64,000 bases of DNA from a virus. The notes under the pieces are model-generated. The model searched no databases and was not told where the DNA came from. It saw only the letters and a list, made by a program, of their open reading frames with translations. Position numbers and translations under genes: made by a program. This document shows, in pieces, positions 48,916-58,705 of the stretch; positions within the stretch are counted from its first letter, which is position 1; each line of letters starts with the position of its first letter. Location: the IMG/VR virus record IMGVR_UViG_3300005573_000001. One strand, 5' to 3'.

Positions 48916-49481
48916 AGGCCGAAAGGATTATCAGCAGAATCGTCAGTAGAATCACTAGAAGATTCTTCTGAGGAATCCGCAGCAGAGGAACTATCGCTTT
49001 GCATAATACCGGCTAGGATAGCCTGAGTCAAGCGATCTATAAGAGCCATAAGGGCCAAAGGAGGCAACACCCTAGCAGCAGCAGCAAGCAACTGCGGCAG
49101 CAAAGACTCAAGGGTAAGCAAGAGCATAACCGAGTCAAAATCGGACATAATACCAGCCAGTAACGCACCCATACCACTAGAGTTCCGAAAGACGCCAGCA
49201 ATACAAGCAGCGTCAATGTGCCTTGGATCGGGAGCATTAACATCAATAGAAATAGGCAAGGGACTAGAGGGAACATGACGGGCTATCTCAGCATCAAAAA
49301 TCTGATGGAGGATGGAATCTCCCAAGGCAAGAGGAATAGAAGACTTGCCAGTACTTAGAGCAAGAAGACATGCCTTAAGGCAGTCATCAGTAAGTGGATG
49401 GTCAGCAGAGCCAGCCGAATTGTCAGAGGGGTTCCCAGACGAAGGCTCCTCAATATCAAAGAAATCAAACGTATCATCCAT
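48912..49481 (-). CDS. hypothetical protein with acidic Ser-rich termini
   Basis: 189-aa ORF. Confidence 0.55.
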   Translation of the reverse strand: MDDTFDFFDIEEPSSGNPSDNSAGSADHPLTDDCLKACLLALSTGKSSIPLALGDSILHQIFDAEIARHVPSSPLPISIDVNAPDPRHIDAACIAGVFRNSSGMGALLAGIMSDFDSVMLLLTLESLLPQLLAAAARVLPPLALMALIDRLTQAILAGIMQSDSSSAADSSEESSSDSTDDSADNPFGL

Positions 49482-49910
49482 AGCAACCTACGTACCTAAA
49501 CGGTACGACCTCACTTTACTTAAGATTAATTACTAGACAACTGCTTAAGGAGCGACCTATATTTCATAGCAAGGTCTACTACCCGAGCAATAGTCTTTAT
49601 AGGTACTTTCTTCTGCCACCTAGGAGACAAACCTAACTGCCTCAACACATGCGGCGGCAACTCCAGATTCCGTATCAGTGATATAAATCTATCCACTATA
49701 ATACCTCAAAACTAGTCGCGCCGCAAGCCTGTATAATAGGCAACGACATTATCATAGAAAGACTGCATGAATCAAACCTATGTCACATAACAAGGCGTAC
49801 TGAGCAACAGAGATAGGAATAATTACCACACAGCTATCAAAACAATTCATAAAGAGAATCTCATCACTATTACCGCGGCGGCTAACTCTAAACCCAAGGG
49901 GTTTTAACTT

Positions 49911-50291
49911 TTACTCCGTACCAGACTCGGCAGCATCCAAGGCACGTAGTACATCCACATAGTAGTGGAAGGAATCAAGAATATCAAGGCCGAAGTGCAG
50001 GAGTCCACAGTCACGAAAAAAGTTGTAGATATGCTCAGGAACAGGAGAGACAGAGACGCAGCTGAGGAAGAGAGCTGGCGTCGAATACTCAACACAGGAA
50101 GCTCCACAGCTAGACATATCATAGACAAAGACGGCATCAGGGTCATCAGAAAAGGTCGAACTGACGTAATTTTGATAGAAAGCTACGTCATCCTCATAGA
50201 TAGACAAATCGTCGCTAGTCATAAAGACTAACTCATAAAGCCCAAACTCGTCATCAGAGAAGCGAAATAAGTAATACATAAGACACCTCAA
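49911..50291 (-). CDS. acidic hypothetical protein
   Basis: ORF in the direction of the surrounding genes. Confidence 0.45.
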   Translation of the reverse strand: MRCLMYYLFRFSDDEFGLYELVFMTSDDLSIYEDDVAFYQNYVSSTFSDDPDAVFVYDMSSCGASCVEYSTPALFLSCVSVSPVPEHIYNFFRDCGLLHFGLDILDSFHYYVDVLRALDAAESGTE

Positions 50292-50405
50292 TTCATGTAG
50301 TCATAGTCCTCAGAAAGGACAAACTTAACAGGGATTAATCCCACCACCGGTCAGAATAATTAGCAGAGAGAATAGTACGGATTTTACGTAAGAGCATAAC
50401 AAACC

Positions 50406-51329
50406 TCAGAACATAGGATCAGCGGGAGTATTACTAGCAAGCGGAGGTGGAGTACCAGGGGCAAAGGAAAAACCAGATAACTCAAGGAAAGTACTACGAG
50501 AAGCAGGAGGCATAACCGTCAGAACATGACGAAGAAGGGCGACCCACTGGTCAGGCAAAGCGTCACACGTAATAACAGGAGCAAGAGACTCAGTCCGAGG
50601 AATAGGACACGCAAGAACACGAGTCGGAGCAAATAAGTCAACGTAACGACAAAGAGCATCAGACTCCAGCAAGGCATTGATAATGGCTGAAGTAGTAGGA
50701 GGGGAACAAAGAAAATTATAGAGAGTAGAAGGGAGAATTAAGTACTTATGTACCGGTGAAACAAGAATGTGAACAGAAGAGGAGCGGGAAGAAACAACAT
50801 AGCTATAAATATCAGCCAGAAATATAAAGGACGTACATAATGTCTCGTAGGCATAGCCTAAACGATACTTAGTAGTCTTGTGAGAAAGACGAAGGCGGCG
50901 CTCATGATCAGCAAGAACAGTCAAATACAAGGACATTCCAGGATGCACAGGTACGAGCAAGTGACCATAGGAAGCGAAAATACAAGAGGCATGAACACTG
51001 CCATCAACTACAGTAGTCTCAGAAAGCAGAGGATAAAGGGCATTCGCATGAAGAGAAAGTAAATAATGTCGGGTACCCTGCGAAAGTACAACAGACCATG
51101 AATCAGAACAAGGAACTGAACGAGAACGAGACAAAGCAATAGTAAAGTCAGAGTTAGACAAAACATGTACTAGGGAAGACGCAGAAGAGGAGGAAGAGGC
51201 AATAACCTGAGCAGGGAACTGGTCAGTAGAAGTCATCGAGAAAACATCATATGCCCCAGTCTCGTGATCAGGGGTGGAAAGGACCGTAAGGACTATCCAA
51301 CGAGGAATGGACCAAACCTTAGCAAGCAT
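50406..51329 (-). CDS. hypothetical protein
   Basis: 307-aa ORF. Confidence 0.5.
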   Translation of the reverse strand: MLAKVWSIPRWIVLTVLSTPDHETGAYDVFSMTSTDQFPAQVIASSSSSASSLVHVLSNSDFTIALSRSRSVPCSDSWSVVLSQGTRHYLLSLHANALYPLLSETTVVDGSVHASCIFASYGHLLVPVHPGMSLYLTVLADHERRLRLSHKTTKYRLGYAYETLCTSFIFLADIYSYVVSSRSSSVHILVSPVHKYLILPSTLYNFLCSPPTTSAIINALLESDALCRYVDLFAPTRVLACPIPRTESLAPVITCDALPDQWVALLRHVLTVMPPASRSTFLELSGFSFAPGTPPPLASNTPADPMF

Positions 51330-51333
51330 AATA

Positions 51334-51546
51334 TCAACCTACAGACCTAAATAAGAAGGCAAGTAAGCGACGCCACCAAGAAAGTGGAGTCCGAAGGGCC
51401 ACATAGCGCCGCACAAGAGGGTCAGTAGAAAGCGTATAACCAAGAAACACGTCATCAACAAGGCGCTGGAATACATAACAAGACGTACAAGAGTCGGTAA
51501 AACCGCCGTCCTCGGTTAAGTACTCACAACTAGGATCACACTGCAT
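51334..51546 (-). CDS. small hypothetical protein
   Basis: GAGGTG RBS. Confidence 0.45.
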   Translation of the reverse strand: MQCDPSCEYLTEDGGFTDSCTSCYVFQRLVDDVFLGYTLSTDPLVRRYVALRTPLSWWRRLLAFLFRSVG

Positions 51547-51555
51547 ACAAGCACC

Positions 51556-51957
51556 TCAGCCAGAGCTATCAGTAGTATAAGAATAACCACAGCGAGCACA
51601 TGTATAAGTATGGTCAAACATAGAGTCGGAGACCTCCTTAAAGACGTGCTCGCAGACAGCAAACTTAAACCAAGTAACAGGAATATAGTCAAGTACTAGG
51701 GCCAAGCCTGTACGATCAGGCCAGATAAATAGTTCAGCAGTCACGGAAGAAGGAAGGTCTTCGCCAGCATAGGTCTTATACATGCGACGTGATTCAACTA
51801 GAATAGGAGTAGAAGCATAGAAGCGATACCGCACTTCATCCGGCGTTGCAGGTTTCCAGTTAGGTGGCAGAGAATGACTAGTACCTAACTGAGAGTACCA
51901 GTCAGGACACTGAGCATCCAAGTCACGCGACCGGACAGGAGTAACAAGATAAACCAT
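51556..51957 (-). CDS. hypothetical protein with C-terminal Zn finger
   Basis: CEH...CARCG; GGAG RBS. Confidence 0.6.
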   Translation of the reverse strand: MVYLVTPVRSRDLDAQCPDWYSQLGTSHSLPPNWKPATPDEVRYRFYASTPILVESRRMYKTYAGEDLPSSVTAELFIWPDRTGLALVLDYIPVTWFKFAVCEHVFKEVSDSMFDHTYTCARCGYSYTTDSSG

Positions 51958-52147
51958 AGAACGTCTCCATATATATTATAGACTACCTTCGGCAAGAACC
52001 GTTATCAATAGACAGAAGGTATACAAGAATACCAACATGAGCTAACCATTCAGCCTTACGAGGACAGGCAGGGGCAGTTGCCCAAAGCAATCCTATCACT
52101 AGTTTCCTGTACAGACTCTTCTAGAGCGCGCCAACCAATTCATATAA

Positions 52148-52270
52148 TGGGGATGGTGAGATTGTTTACTCACATGGCAGTCAAGCTCCCTGCCTAGCGC
52201 GTTTTCTCAACTTCTCTGTTGCAGCTCCTATCCTTTCGGACACGATAGCGTCTAATTCCGCCACATCCCC
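52148..52270 (-). ncRNA. tRNA-like RNA (type II, Leu-like scaffold) without a canonical anticodon loop
   Basis: GGGGATG/CATCCCC-A acceptor stem, TGGCGGAATTAGACGC D arm, GGCAG/CTGCC variable arm, GTGAG/CTCAC T stem with a non-canonical loop. Confidence 0.65.
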
Positions 52271-52279
52271 ATATTCAGC

Positions 52280-52313
52280 GAGGGAAGGTGAAAAAGATTA
52301 AAAGTCCTCCTCT
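52280..52313. repeat. hairpin element copy 1 (AGGTGAAAAAGATTAAAAGTCCTCC)
   Basis: Near-identical loop to the copy at 56078-56111. Confidence 0.7.
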
Positions 52314-52329
52314 CCTTAACGTAACCAAC

Positions 52330-52935
52330 TTAATTATCCCATTCCTTATTCTCAAGCATAAGGTTTACGAGAGCGTCAAAATGTCTCGCCCAAGCCGCTT
52401 CACGTGCAATATGCCAAGCGAGTTGAGTGGCACCAGCAGGAACGGCTTTATAGGCATAGGTTAAGACAGTATCTCGAGCAACTCCCCAAGCGGCTTTTTC
52501 AGCACTCTGATCCATAGAGACCCATACTGCAGAATACATAGTCCTAACATAATGGGGGAGATTTAGTATAAGGGAATCAGCGCTGGATCGTACAACTTTC
52601 GAGATAACATCTTGGGCGATACTAAGTTCATTTGCTGTTACTTCACCAGCCATCCATCGCCTCTTTAGACGGATACCTTGGGTGATGCGCTCGTCAGGAG
52701 TATCCATAGTATTCAATACTGCCTCAACACGCCGACAGGCAAATTCATGGAGCAGCAAGGGTTGAAGCAATTCCTCCCTTAAGACAGCACAAAGCCTGAT
52801 GTCCAGCGGGACACCCACAAGCGTCAGCAGATCAAAGGCAGACCATTCCGTATAGGGCTCCGCAAGATTACGTACATGCTCAGACAGGGAAAACAACCCA
52901 AAATCAAAAATCTGCTCAACAGTTACCGTTCTCAT
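52330..52935 (-). CDS. hypothetical protein, paralog of 54331-54921
   Basis: TVTVEQ..EWSAFDLL..VLREE..LHEFACRRVE shared with the paralog. Confidence 0.7.
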   Translation of the reverse strand: MRTVTVEQIFDFGLFSLSEHVRNLAEPYTEWSAFDLLTLVGVPLDIRLCAVLREELLQPLLLHEFACRRVEAVLNTMDTPDERITQGIRLKRRWMAGEVTANELSIAQDVISKVVRSSADSLILNLPHYVRTMYSAVWVSMDQSAEKAAWGVARDTVLTYAYKAVPAGATQLAWHIAREAAWARHFDALVNLMLENKEWDN

Positions 52936-53114
52936 TTAATCTCCTAAGGTCTATAGTTTCTATGGATATGTTTAACGCAACTCCCATCGACACAGTGGTC
53001 GATTATATACTGAATACACCCAACGATCTCGTCCCGTAAGGAATCCCAACGGCATTTAAGGCGATTCTTTAAAAATGTCAATACCTCAATAGTATATTCC
53101 TTAATATTCTCTCC

Positions 53115-53921
53115 TCACTTGTATTCTCCGATTATATCATATAATGCATCCAGAGTAATCTCTTTCTCAATCGTTCCCGTGCTGTCATGTTTAGAGAATT
53201 TAATCGTGTTATCGATTTTAATGTCGAAAATCATAACATCGCCATTTGGCTTATCATACTGAAGATGAATCCCTCCAGCCGCTGTGAGAACAATTTGAGG
53301 TTGTGGACTTAATTTTTCAACAATGCTTTTGACAAAATTAATATGTTCAGGAGTGAATGGCTCCGCGCCATGGTCATTCCAATCTTCCTTAAGCGCTAGG
53401 AACGAGTCTAGCAAACGTAAGTTTCTTTCCTTCGTAAGTTCCAGTTCGAGTACATCTATCATATTAAACATATTCAGTATTGTCGTATAAATCTCTAATT
53501 CTCGCTGACATTCTCGAATATTCTTCTGAACTTCCTCGTCATCGATGAGCTTCTTTACAGTAGTATCATAGTAATAATCCAAGAAGTGCTTAGTGACATT
53601 AATTCTCTCATTAATCCACTTAAGCGCTTTGTGTCTAACTGCTACGTCCGTTTTATCAGCAGCATCTATCAAAACCTTCTCATCATCAACAACCGCTCGA
53701 ACCAATTTGTCGGTAGGTAGTCCTAACTGCGCACTTATCAAAGCATTTTCATACTCAATAGTTGCCCTACTTATTCTTTGTTTTATGTCACATGTAAAAT
53801 CTCTGCAGTCATACAAGGGAATCTGTACCACATTCCCTGCTTCCTCACAAACTACGAAATCTACTATCTTCTTTGTCGGCGTAGTACAATTCTCACACTT
53901 CGAATAATTCATCCTTACCAC
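53115..53921 (-). CDS. hypothetical protein
   Basis: 268-aa ORF in the AT-rich island. Confidence 0.6.
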   Translation of the reverse strand: MVRMNYSKCENCTTPTKKIVDFVVCEEAGNVVQIPLYDCRDFTCDIKQRISRATIEYENALISAQLGLPTDKLVRAVVDDEKVLIDAADKTDVAVRHKALKWINERINVTKHFLDYYYDTTVKKLIDDEEVQKNIRECQRELEIYTTILNMFNMIDVLELELTKERNLRLLDSFLALKEDWNDHGAEPFTPEHINFVKSIVEKLSPQPQIVLTAAGGIHLQYDKPNGDVMIFDIKIDNTIKFSKHDSTGTIEKEITLDALYDIIGEYK

Positions 53922-54334
53922 TTCCTATGTTTTTCAGCGACCCACTCATATCCATCATAGTCCTGGATTTCCCACTCGACATCATCGGGAATATCAACAA
54001 TTCTAATACGAGCGCATCCGCCGTTCGCTTCATCTCCAAGTTCTTCTATAACCTTTATTAAATCTGGGTCGCTCCTATCCTCAGGCCTACGACTGAAATA
54101 TTCACTACCATCTAAGGTGTCTGTAGTTTCTCCGCAATCCTTCTTATATGCTATCGCAAAGAAATCATCATGGTCGATATTATCAACTCTATTATAAACG
54201 TCATACCCATCCGTAAAGTGACTTTTCGTTTGTGTATAAAAGTATACCGGAAAACCCTTTAACTCAGCATATCTCTTTGTAGCTTTCAATGATAAGCTGA
54301 ACCCACCATAACATCTATTCACCGCTATTTTCAT
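53915..54334 (-). CDS. conserved phage hypothetical protein
   Basis: NRCYGGFSLS ... DPDLIKVIEELG ... DYDGYEWVAEKHR. Confidence 0.7.
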   Translation of the reverse strand: MKIAVNRCYGGFSLSLKATKRYAELKGFPVYFYTQTKSHFTDGYDVYNRVDNIDHDDFFAIAYKKDCGETTDTLDGSEYFSRRPEDRSDPDLIKVIEELGDEANGGCARIRIVDIPDDVEWEIQDYDGYEWVAEKHRKW

Positions 54335-54921
54335 ATAATCAGATCTCCTTTCTCAAGCAAAAGATTAGTAAGAATATTAAGGTACTTCGTCCATATAGTT
54401 TCTAATGCGGCATTCCACGCGGCTTCCTGCGCGGCAATCTGCACATGTTCTTGCGCACCCTTCCATGCAACAGCGTATGCACCTTCCTGTACAGTCTCCC
54501 ATGCGGCTCTACGGGCATCCTCATGCATAGAAACCCATAAAACATAATAAATAGCTGCAACAGAACGCACGGACTCCCAAACAAACTCTCGTGCAACATG
54601 CAATTCAGATGTCATCACTTTACCCTTCAGCCACTCTCTCTTTACAGTAATATACCGAGCAGTATGCTCATCCAAATTATTCACAATCCCCAATGTTTCT
54701 TCCACGCACCGACATGCAAATTCATGTAATATGGGAGCATCAAGAAATTCTTCTCTTAATACAGCCCAAAACCTGTCTCCCAGCGGAACGTCCTCCAACA
54801 CTAAAACGTCAAGCGCCGTCCATTCAGTCTTATTACCTGCAATCTTGCATATCTGCTCAGGCGGATAACATGGATTAAATTTTAAAAATTGTTCCACTGT
54901 TACTGTTTTCATTACTATCAC
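54331..54921 (-). CDS. hypothetical protein, paralog of 52330-52935
   Basis: Shared N-terminal and LHEFACRCVE motifs. Confidence 0.7.
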   Translation of the reverse strand: MIVMKTVTVEQFLKFNPCYPPEQICKIAGNKTEWTALDVLVLEDVPLGDRFWAVLREEFLDAPILHEFACRCVEETLGIVNNLDEHTARYITVKREWLKGKVMTSELHVAREFVWESVRSVAAIYYVLWVSMHEDARRAAWETVQEGAYAVAWKGAQEHVQIAAQEAAWNAALETIWTKYLNILTNLLLEKGDLII

Positions 54922-55033
54922 CTGATCCTTATTCCTGGCACATAATCACAAAAGTAAGTGTCTCTTTCCAGTCAGGCTAATCTTCAACAGTATTGGTTGC
55001 TATATCTCTAAATTTCCTCCACATCTTCCGTGT

Positions 55034-55792
55034 TCATGCTTTCCCCTTTAATTCATACATAATTTCTGCATTCTTGCCGCCATGCAGTCTCCACGTGTCC
55101 CCATCAAAACTCGGCACTAAACCCGATTCCCACATGTCTACCGCGCACTGAAAGGGGTTGATGCCCTCTCTATGTCCTATGTTATTCCACTTTGGGAAAT
55201 TGAAAAATGATGATACATAGGCTGCTATAGAATCTCCCACTGAACCTCCCACAGTACCTCTTACCGGATTCTTTAAGGAGGCCCAAAGGCGATTCCACAC
55301 AGAAACTCCCACGGAACTCCGAATGGGATTCCACAGAGAGGCCCACACAGAATCTCCTACGAAACTCTTCACGGACTTCCGAACAGAATCCCATACTGAA
55401 TCCCGCATAGAATTTCGCACAGAAATCCATTGCTTTAATCTTTCGATGTCCGTTTCCGTTATTACGCCGTGTTCGATTGTAAACGGATGTACAATAGGCT
55501 TTATTACCAGCTCAGGCACAACCGTCTTATAATCAAGGTGTTCACAAAAGGCGCGCGCTTGTACCGAGTCATCCTTATTATTCATCCGTATAATTGTGAG
55601 TTCCTTTGTAAGCGGATTATGCTCATACGCATTGAGCATATCCTCATCCTCGTCTTTAAAGCCATAGTATTCCGCTATAAAGGTATGGCTATCCGGATTC
55701 TCGTCCTTCGCAAGCACTTCCTTGCGTTGTTCAGCGTTAAGGTAATACGGATTCCCCGCACCGTCTGTCCTAAAACTAAAGAAATCACACAT
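55034..55792 (-). CDS. phage protein with SV(W/G/R)xS tetrapeptide repeats
   Basis: MCDFFS start; SVWDSVRKSV..SVGDS repeats. Confidence 0.7.
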   Translation of the reverse strand: MCDFFSFRTDGAGNPYYLNAEQRKEVLAKDENPDSHTFIAEYYGFKDEDEDMLNAYEHNPLTKELTIIRMNNKDDSVQARAFCEHLDYKTVVPELVIKPIVHPFTIEHGVITETDIERLKQWISVRNSMRDSVWDSVRKSVKSFVGDSVWASLWNPIRSSVGVSVWNRLWASLKNPVRGTVGGSVGDSIAAYVSSFFNFPKWNNIGHREGINPFQCAVDMWESGLVPSFDGDTWRLHGGKNAEIMYELKGKA

Positions 55793-56077
55793 TATTTTTT
55801 ATCCCCTCTGTTCCTAAAAACTACGTTTTTTATCATCTCGTCTGGCTTTTAACACCCCGACTTCATAAAATAACGAGTTTTAATACTTTTGTTGGACATG
55901 TCAAGCGACCATAATCATCTCGTTCAAAAGATTCTAAATCATGCTGTATATACTCTCATACTTACCTCTCGAAGTATCTACACTTACTTATAAATAATAA
56001 CTCTCGGCGTCTATTCTATACTTAAATAAACAATACCAGTTATCCTTCCTTAGCAACCCTCCAGATAGAAAGGAGGT

Positions 56078-56111
56078 GGGGGAGGTGAAAAAAGATTAAA
56101 AGCCCTCCCCC
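56078..56111. repeat. hairpin element copy 2
   Basis: GGGGGAGG-TGAAAAAAGATTAAAAGC-CCTCCCCC. Confidence 0.7.
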
Positions 56112-56386
56112 CGATATAATGAGGGTTTATACCAATCAGCAGCCCTGCGGTCAAGTGGGGCGCTAGGAGAGTTTACAGCATAAGTAAGACTAGAGTAGGT
56201 CTCTGTAAGGACCCACACCGCACATAGAAGCAAAAAGAGTCCGAGGACAGAAAGAATCATATCTCACTCCACAAATTCGGGGAGAGTATCCGGCGTACTC
56301 TCCCCGCAGTCAATGCATGCCCCCGCTATATAGTGCCGGATGGAACCCACCGTACGGTCTTTTACAAGTCGGGGCATGGGGTTCAC

Positions 56387-57073
56387 TTATCGTAAAATTA
56401 CCCTTGCTAAGTCCAAGGCAAGTAAATACTCAGAAAGATAATCACTATCAAAGTAAAGGCACTTAATATGACATTCAAACTCTTGAAATGTTACGAACCA
56501 AGAACCGAGCCTAACAAAACAACCTTCGGTACCCTTAAAGAAGTAAGCGCTAGCATTCGAAGGACCTATCCTATTACAGACAAAGAAGCGGCCGTTCGAA
56601 ACTCGGCCTCCTTCAAAAGTACAGAGACCATCAAAAGCACAGTTTTCACCAAACCTATTAGCCAAACCAAAAACAGAAGCGCCGCCAAAAGAGCAGTAGT
56701 GACCAAAGCGACAGTCATCACCAAAAGTACAGGAGGTAGCAAAAGTAGAGTAATCATGGAAGATACAGCCATAACCAAAGGTACATGAGTGCTCAAAGAC
56801 AGAAAGTTCGCCGAAGGTACAGCTATCACCAAAGACACAAAATGAGCCAAAGCGGCAAGTACTGGTAAAGGTACAAAACTTACCGAAGCGGCAAGAATCT
56901 CCGAAAAAACAGCGGCTGTTAAAGCAAGAATAGTCAGCGAAGACAGAGCCACTATCAAAACAGCAGGATATATCAAAACTATAAATAGCAGTATAGTCGC
57001 CAGAAGGACATAACAGATAGCCAAAGCTATTGCGTTCAAAAGTCTGCAAATCTGAACTAGTATAAACCTTCAT
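56387..57073 (-). CDS. hexapeptide (FGxxCx) repeat beta-helix protein
   Basis: About 20 F-G-x-x-C/S-x repeats. Confidence 0.75.
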   Translation of the reverse strand: MKVYTSSDLQTFERNSFGYLLCPSGDYTAIYSFDISCCFDSGSVFADYSCFNSRCFFGDSCRFGKFCTFTSTCRFGSFCVFGDSCTFGELSVFEHSCTFGYGCIFHDYSTFATSCTFGDDCRFGHYCSFGGASVFGLANRFGENCAFDGLCTFEGGRVSNGRFFVCNRIGPSNASAYFFKGTEGCFVRLGSWFVTFQEFECHIKCLYFDSDYLSEYLLALDLARVILR

Positions 57074-57113
57074 ATATATTCTCCATAAGCGCACATACTA
57101 AGAGCGTTAAGTA

Positions 57114-58166
57114 CTATAAAGACAGGCTGTCAGACACACAGTCGTCAAAAGTAGATAGCTTAAGCCGAAGGACTACAGTAGGAATCCTAAGTAATTCAGC
57201 ACCCCGCGACATACTAATTTTACCTTCAGTAACTGCACGATAGACTAACTGCTCAAACAGAACTGGAGCCTCTCGAGATAGGCCAGCCTCGTCCAACTCG
57301 GGAGATAAAGTGGCTAGAAAGCTCTTTACCAAGCGTGCAGAGACAATACCAAGCGACTGAGCACGCTGAAGGAGGGAGGACATGGAGACACGATATTGCT
57401 GGGCTGCTAGGAGCATATCCTCAGCAACCACAGTTCGACGAGTACCAAGCTTTCTTATAAGGTCCTCCTTAGGAAGAAGAAAGGCACTAGCAGAAGCGGC
57501 AATCAACCGACAAAATCTAGCATTACCCATATCAATAGGACGGCTAAACATAAGACGAAAAAGTTCACGAACAATAACAAATCTAGTCCTCGCAGGACTT
57601 AGATGCCTGTCTACTACAATGTAGGGATAGTCATTTACATAGCCACTAAGACCAGAAAAACCATAGTAAGAAATATTAGAGACACATAACAAGATACCTC
57701 TACTCTCTAGAATCCTGGTGAGGTCATCCAAAGGTCCAGTAGGAAACAAACCTAAGTGTCTCCTTAGAGAAGTAGCATTAACTTCAGGATCACCGGTAAA
57801 CGATAAAACTTCAGTAGTAGGCGAGGGCGGTAGAACACCCAAGCCCAATATCTCTACCACAGTCATAAAGCGACTAAAATACTCTTCAATAAACTCATAG
57901 ACATAGTCGCGCCGAATAGCAGGAAGAGAAGCATCTTCACTAAGCTTTCCATGGCGAAACGTCAGCTTGTCGTTACGGACAACTAAAAAGTCCGTAACAG
58001 TAGCACCAAGTACATCAGCCAAGGACTCTAAGAGGTGCACATCAGGTATACGCTTACCGTTCTCGTAGTCCGAAAGGACTGCTGGAGTAAGATTAAGCCG
58101 CGCGGCCAAGGCCTTCTTAGATAAGGCATTCTTTAGACGATAGTATCTGAGGTTCCTACTAAACAT
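57114..58166 (-). CDS. XRE HTH fused to an ImmA/IrrE-like domain with a degenerate HExxH motif
   Basis: HTH LAARLNLTPAVLSDYENGKRIP; RFVIVRELFRL replaces RFTLAHELGH. Confidence 0.8.
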   Translation of the reverse strand: MFSRNLRYYRLKNALSKKALAARLNLTPAVLSDYENGKRIPDVHLLESLADVLGATVTDFLVVRNDKLTFRHGKLSEDASLPAIRRDYVYEFIEEYFSRFMTVVEILGLGVLPPSPTTEVLSFTGDPEVNATSLRRHLGLFPTGPLDDLTRILESRGILLCVSNISYYGFSGLSGYVNDYPYIVVDRHLSPARTRFVIVRELFRLMFSRPIDMGNARFCRLIAASASAFLLPKEDLIRKLGTRRTVVAEDMLLAAQQYRVSMSSLLQRAQSLGIVSARLVKSFLATLSPELDEAGLSREAPVLFEQLVYRAVTEGKISMSRGAELLRIPTVVLRLKLSTFDDCVSDSLSL

Positions 58167-58311
58167 AGCACATGCTCCTTCCATAAAGGTTTTCAACCAT
58201 AGACAAGCACGAAGTTACTCACGAGGAGCATAGTCACGAAGGTAAAGTTCCTTCTTCCAATCAGGTCAACTGTCAGTAACAGTGGTCACTTTCCTATACT
58301 TCGTGTCTATG

Positions 58312-58512
58312 CTACTCGTGAGAACTAGGGTCGCCATCCTGAGTTTGCATCTCACGTAAAATATTAAGAAGGGTTTCCCAAGCAGATATTCCTGCCTCAG
58401 AATGTTTCATCCGTGCCTCGCTATCATCACGAAGCTTCTTATGCATAGCAACAAGCTCCTTGGCCTGCGCAAGATTTTCTTCTGCCCAACTAATAAGGTC
58501 TACTAAAGTCAC
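58312..58512 (-). CDS. small coiled-coil protein
   Basis: GGAGGTG RBS, GTG start. Confidence 0.55.
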   Translation of the reverse strand: MTLVDLISWAEENLAQAKELVAMHKKLRDDSEARMKHSEAGISAWETLLNILREMQTQDGDPSSHE

Positions 58513-58569
58513 ATCAACACCTCCATAAAAACAGATTACAGCACTACCGTTGTGCTACAGACACAAGGA

Positions 58570-58686
58570 TCAGCCTAAAACAAGCCTTGCCAGCTCTAAG
58601 GCAAGCAAACATTCTCGGAAGCACTTATCAGTGCCATACATGGTGACAGCAAGCTGCTTAAACTCATCACTGGTGTAAATTCTCAC
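58570..58686 (-). pseudogene. internally deleted mini-paralog of the hexapeptide-repeat gene
   Basis: VRIYTSDEFK...ECLLALELARLVLG resembles both termini of 56387-57073 (MKVYTSS / EYLLALDLARVILR). Confidence 0.55.
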
Positions 58687-58705
58687 ATCGACTTCAGCAC
58701 AAAGC

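Noticed and set aside
50059-50068. CAGCTGAGGA match to the module 3 hairpin as a possible target site
   Set aside because: A single 10-nt match in 64 kb is compatible with chance.
52148-52270. Functional tRNA-Leu or tmRNA
   Set aside because: There is no 7-nt anticodon loop or TTC T loop. It is too short for tmRNA and lacks the G3-U70 alanine identity and a tag ORF.
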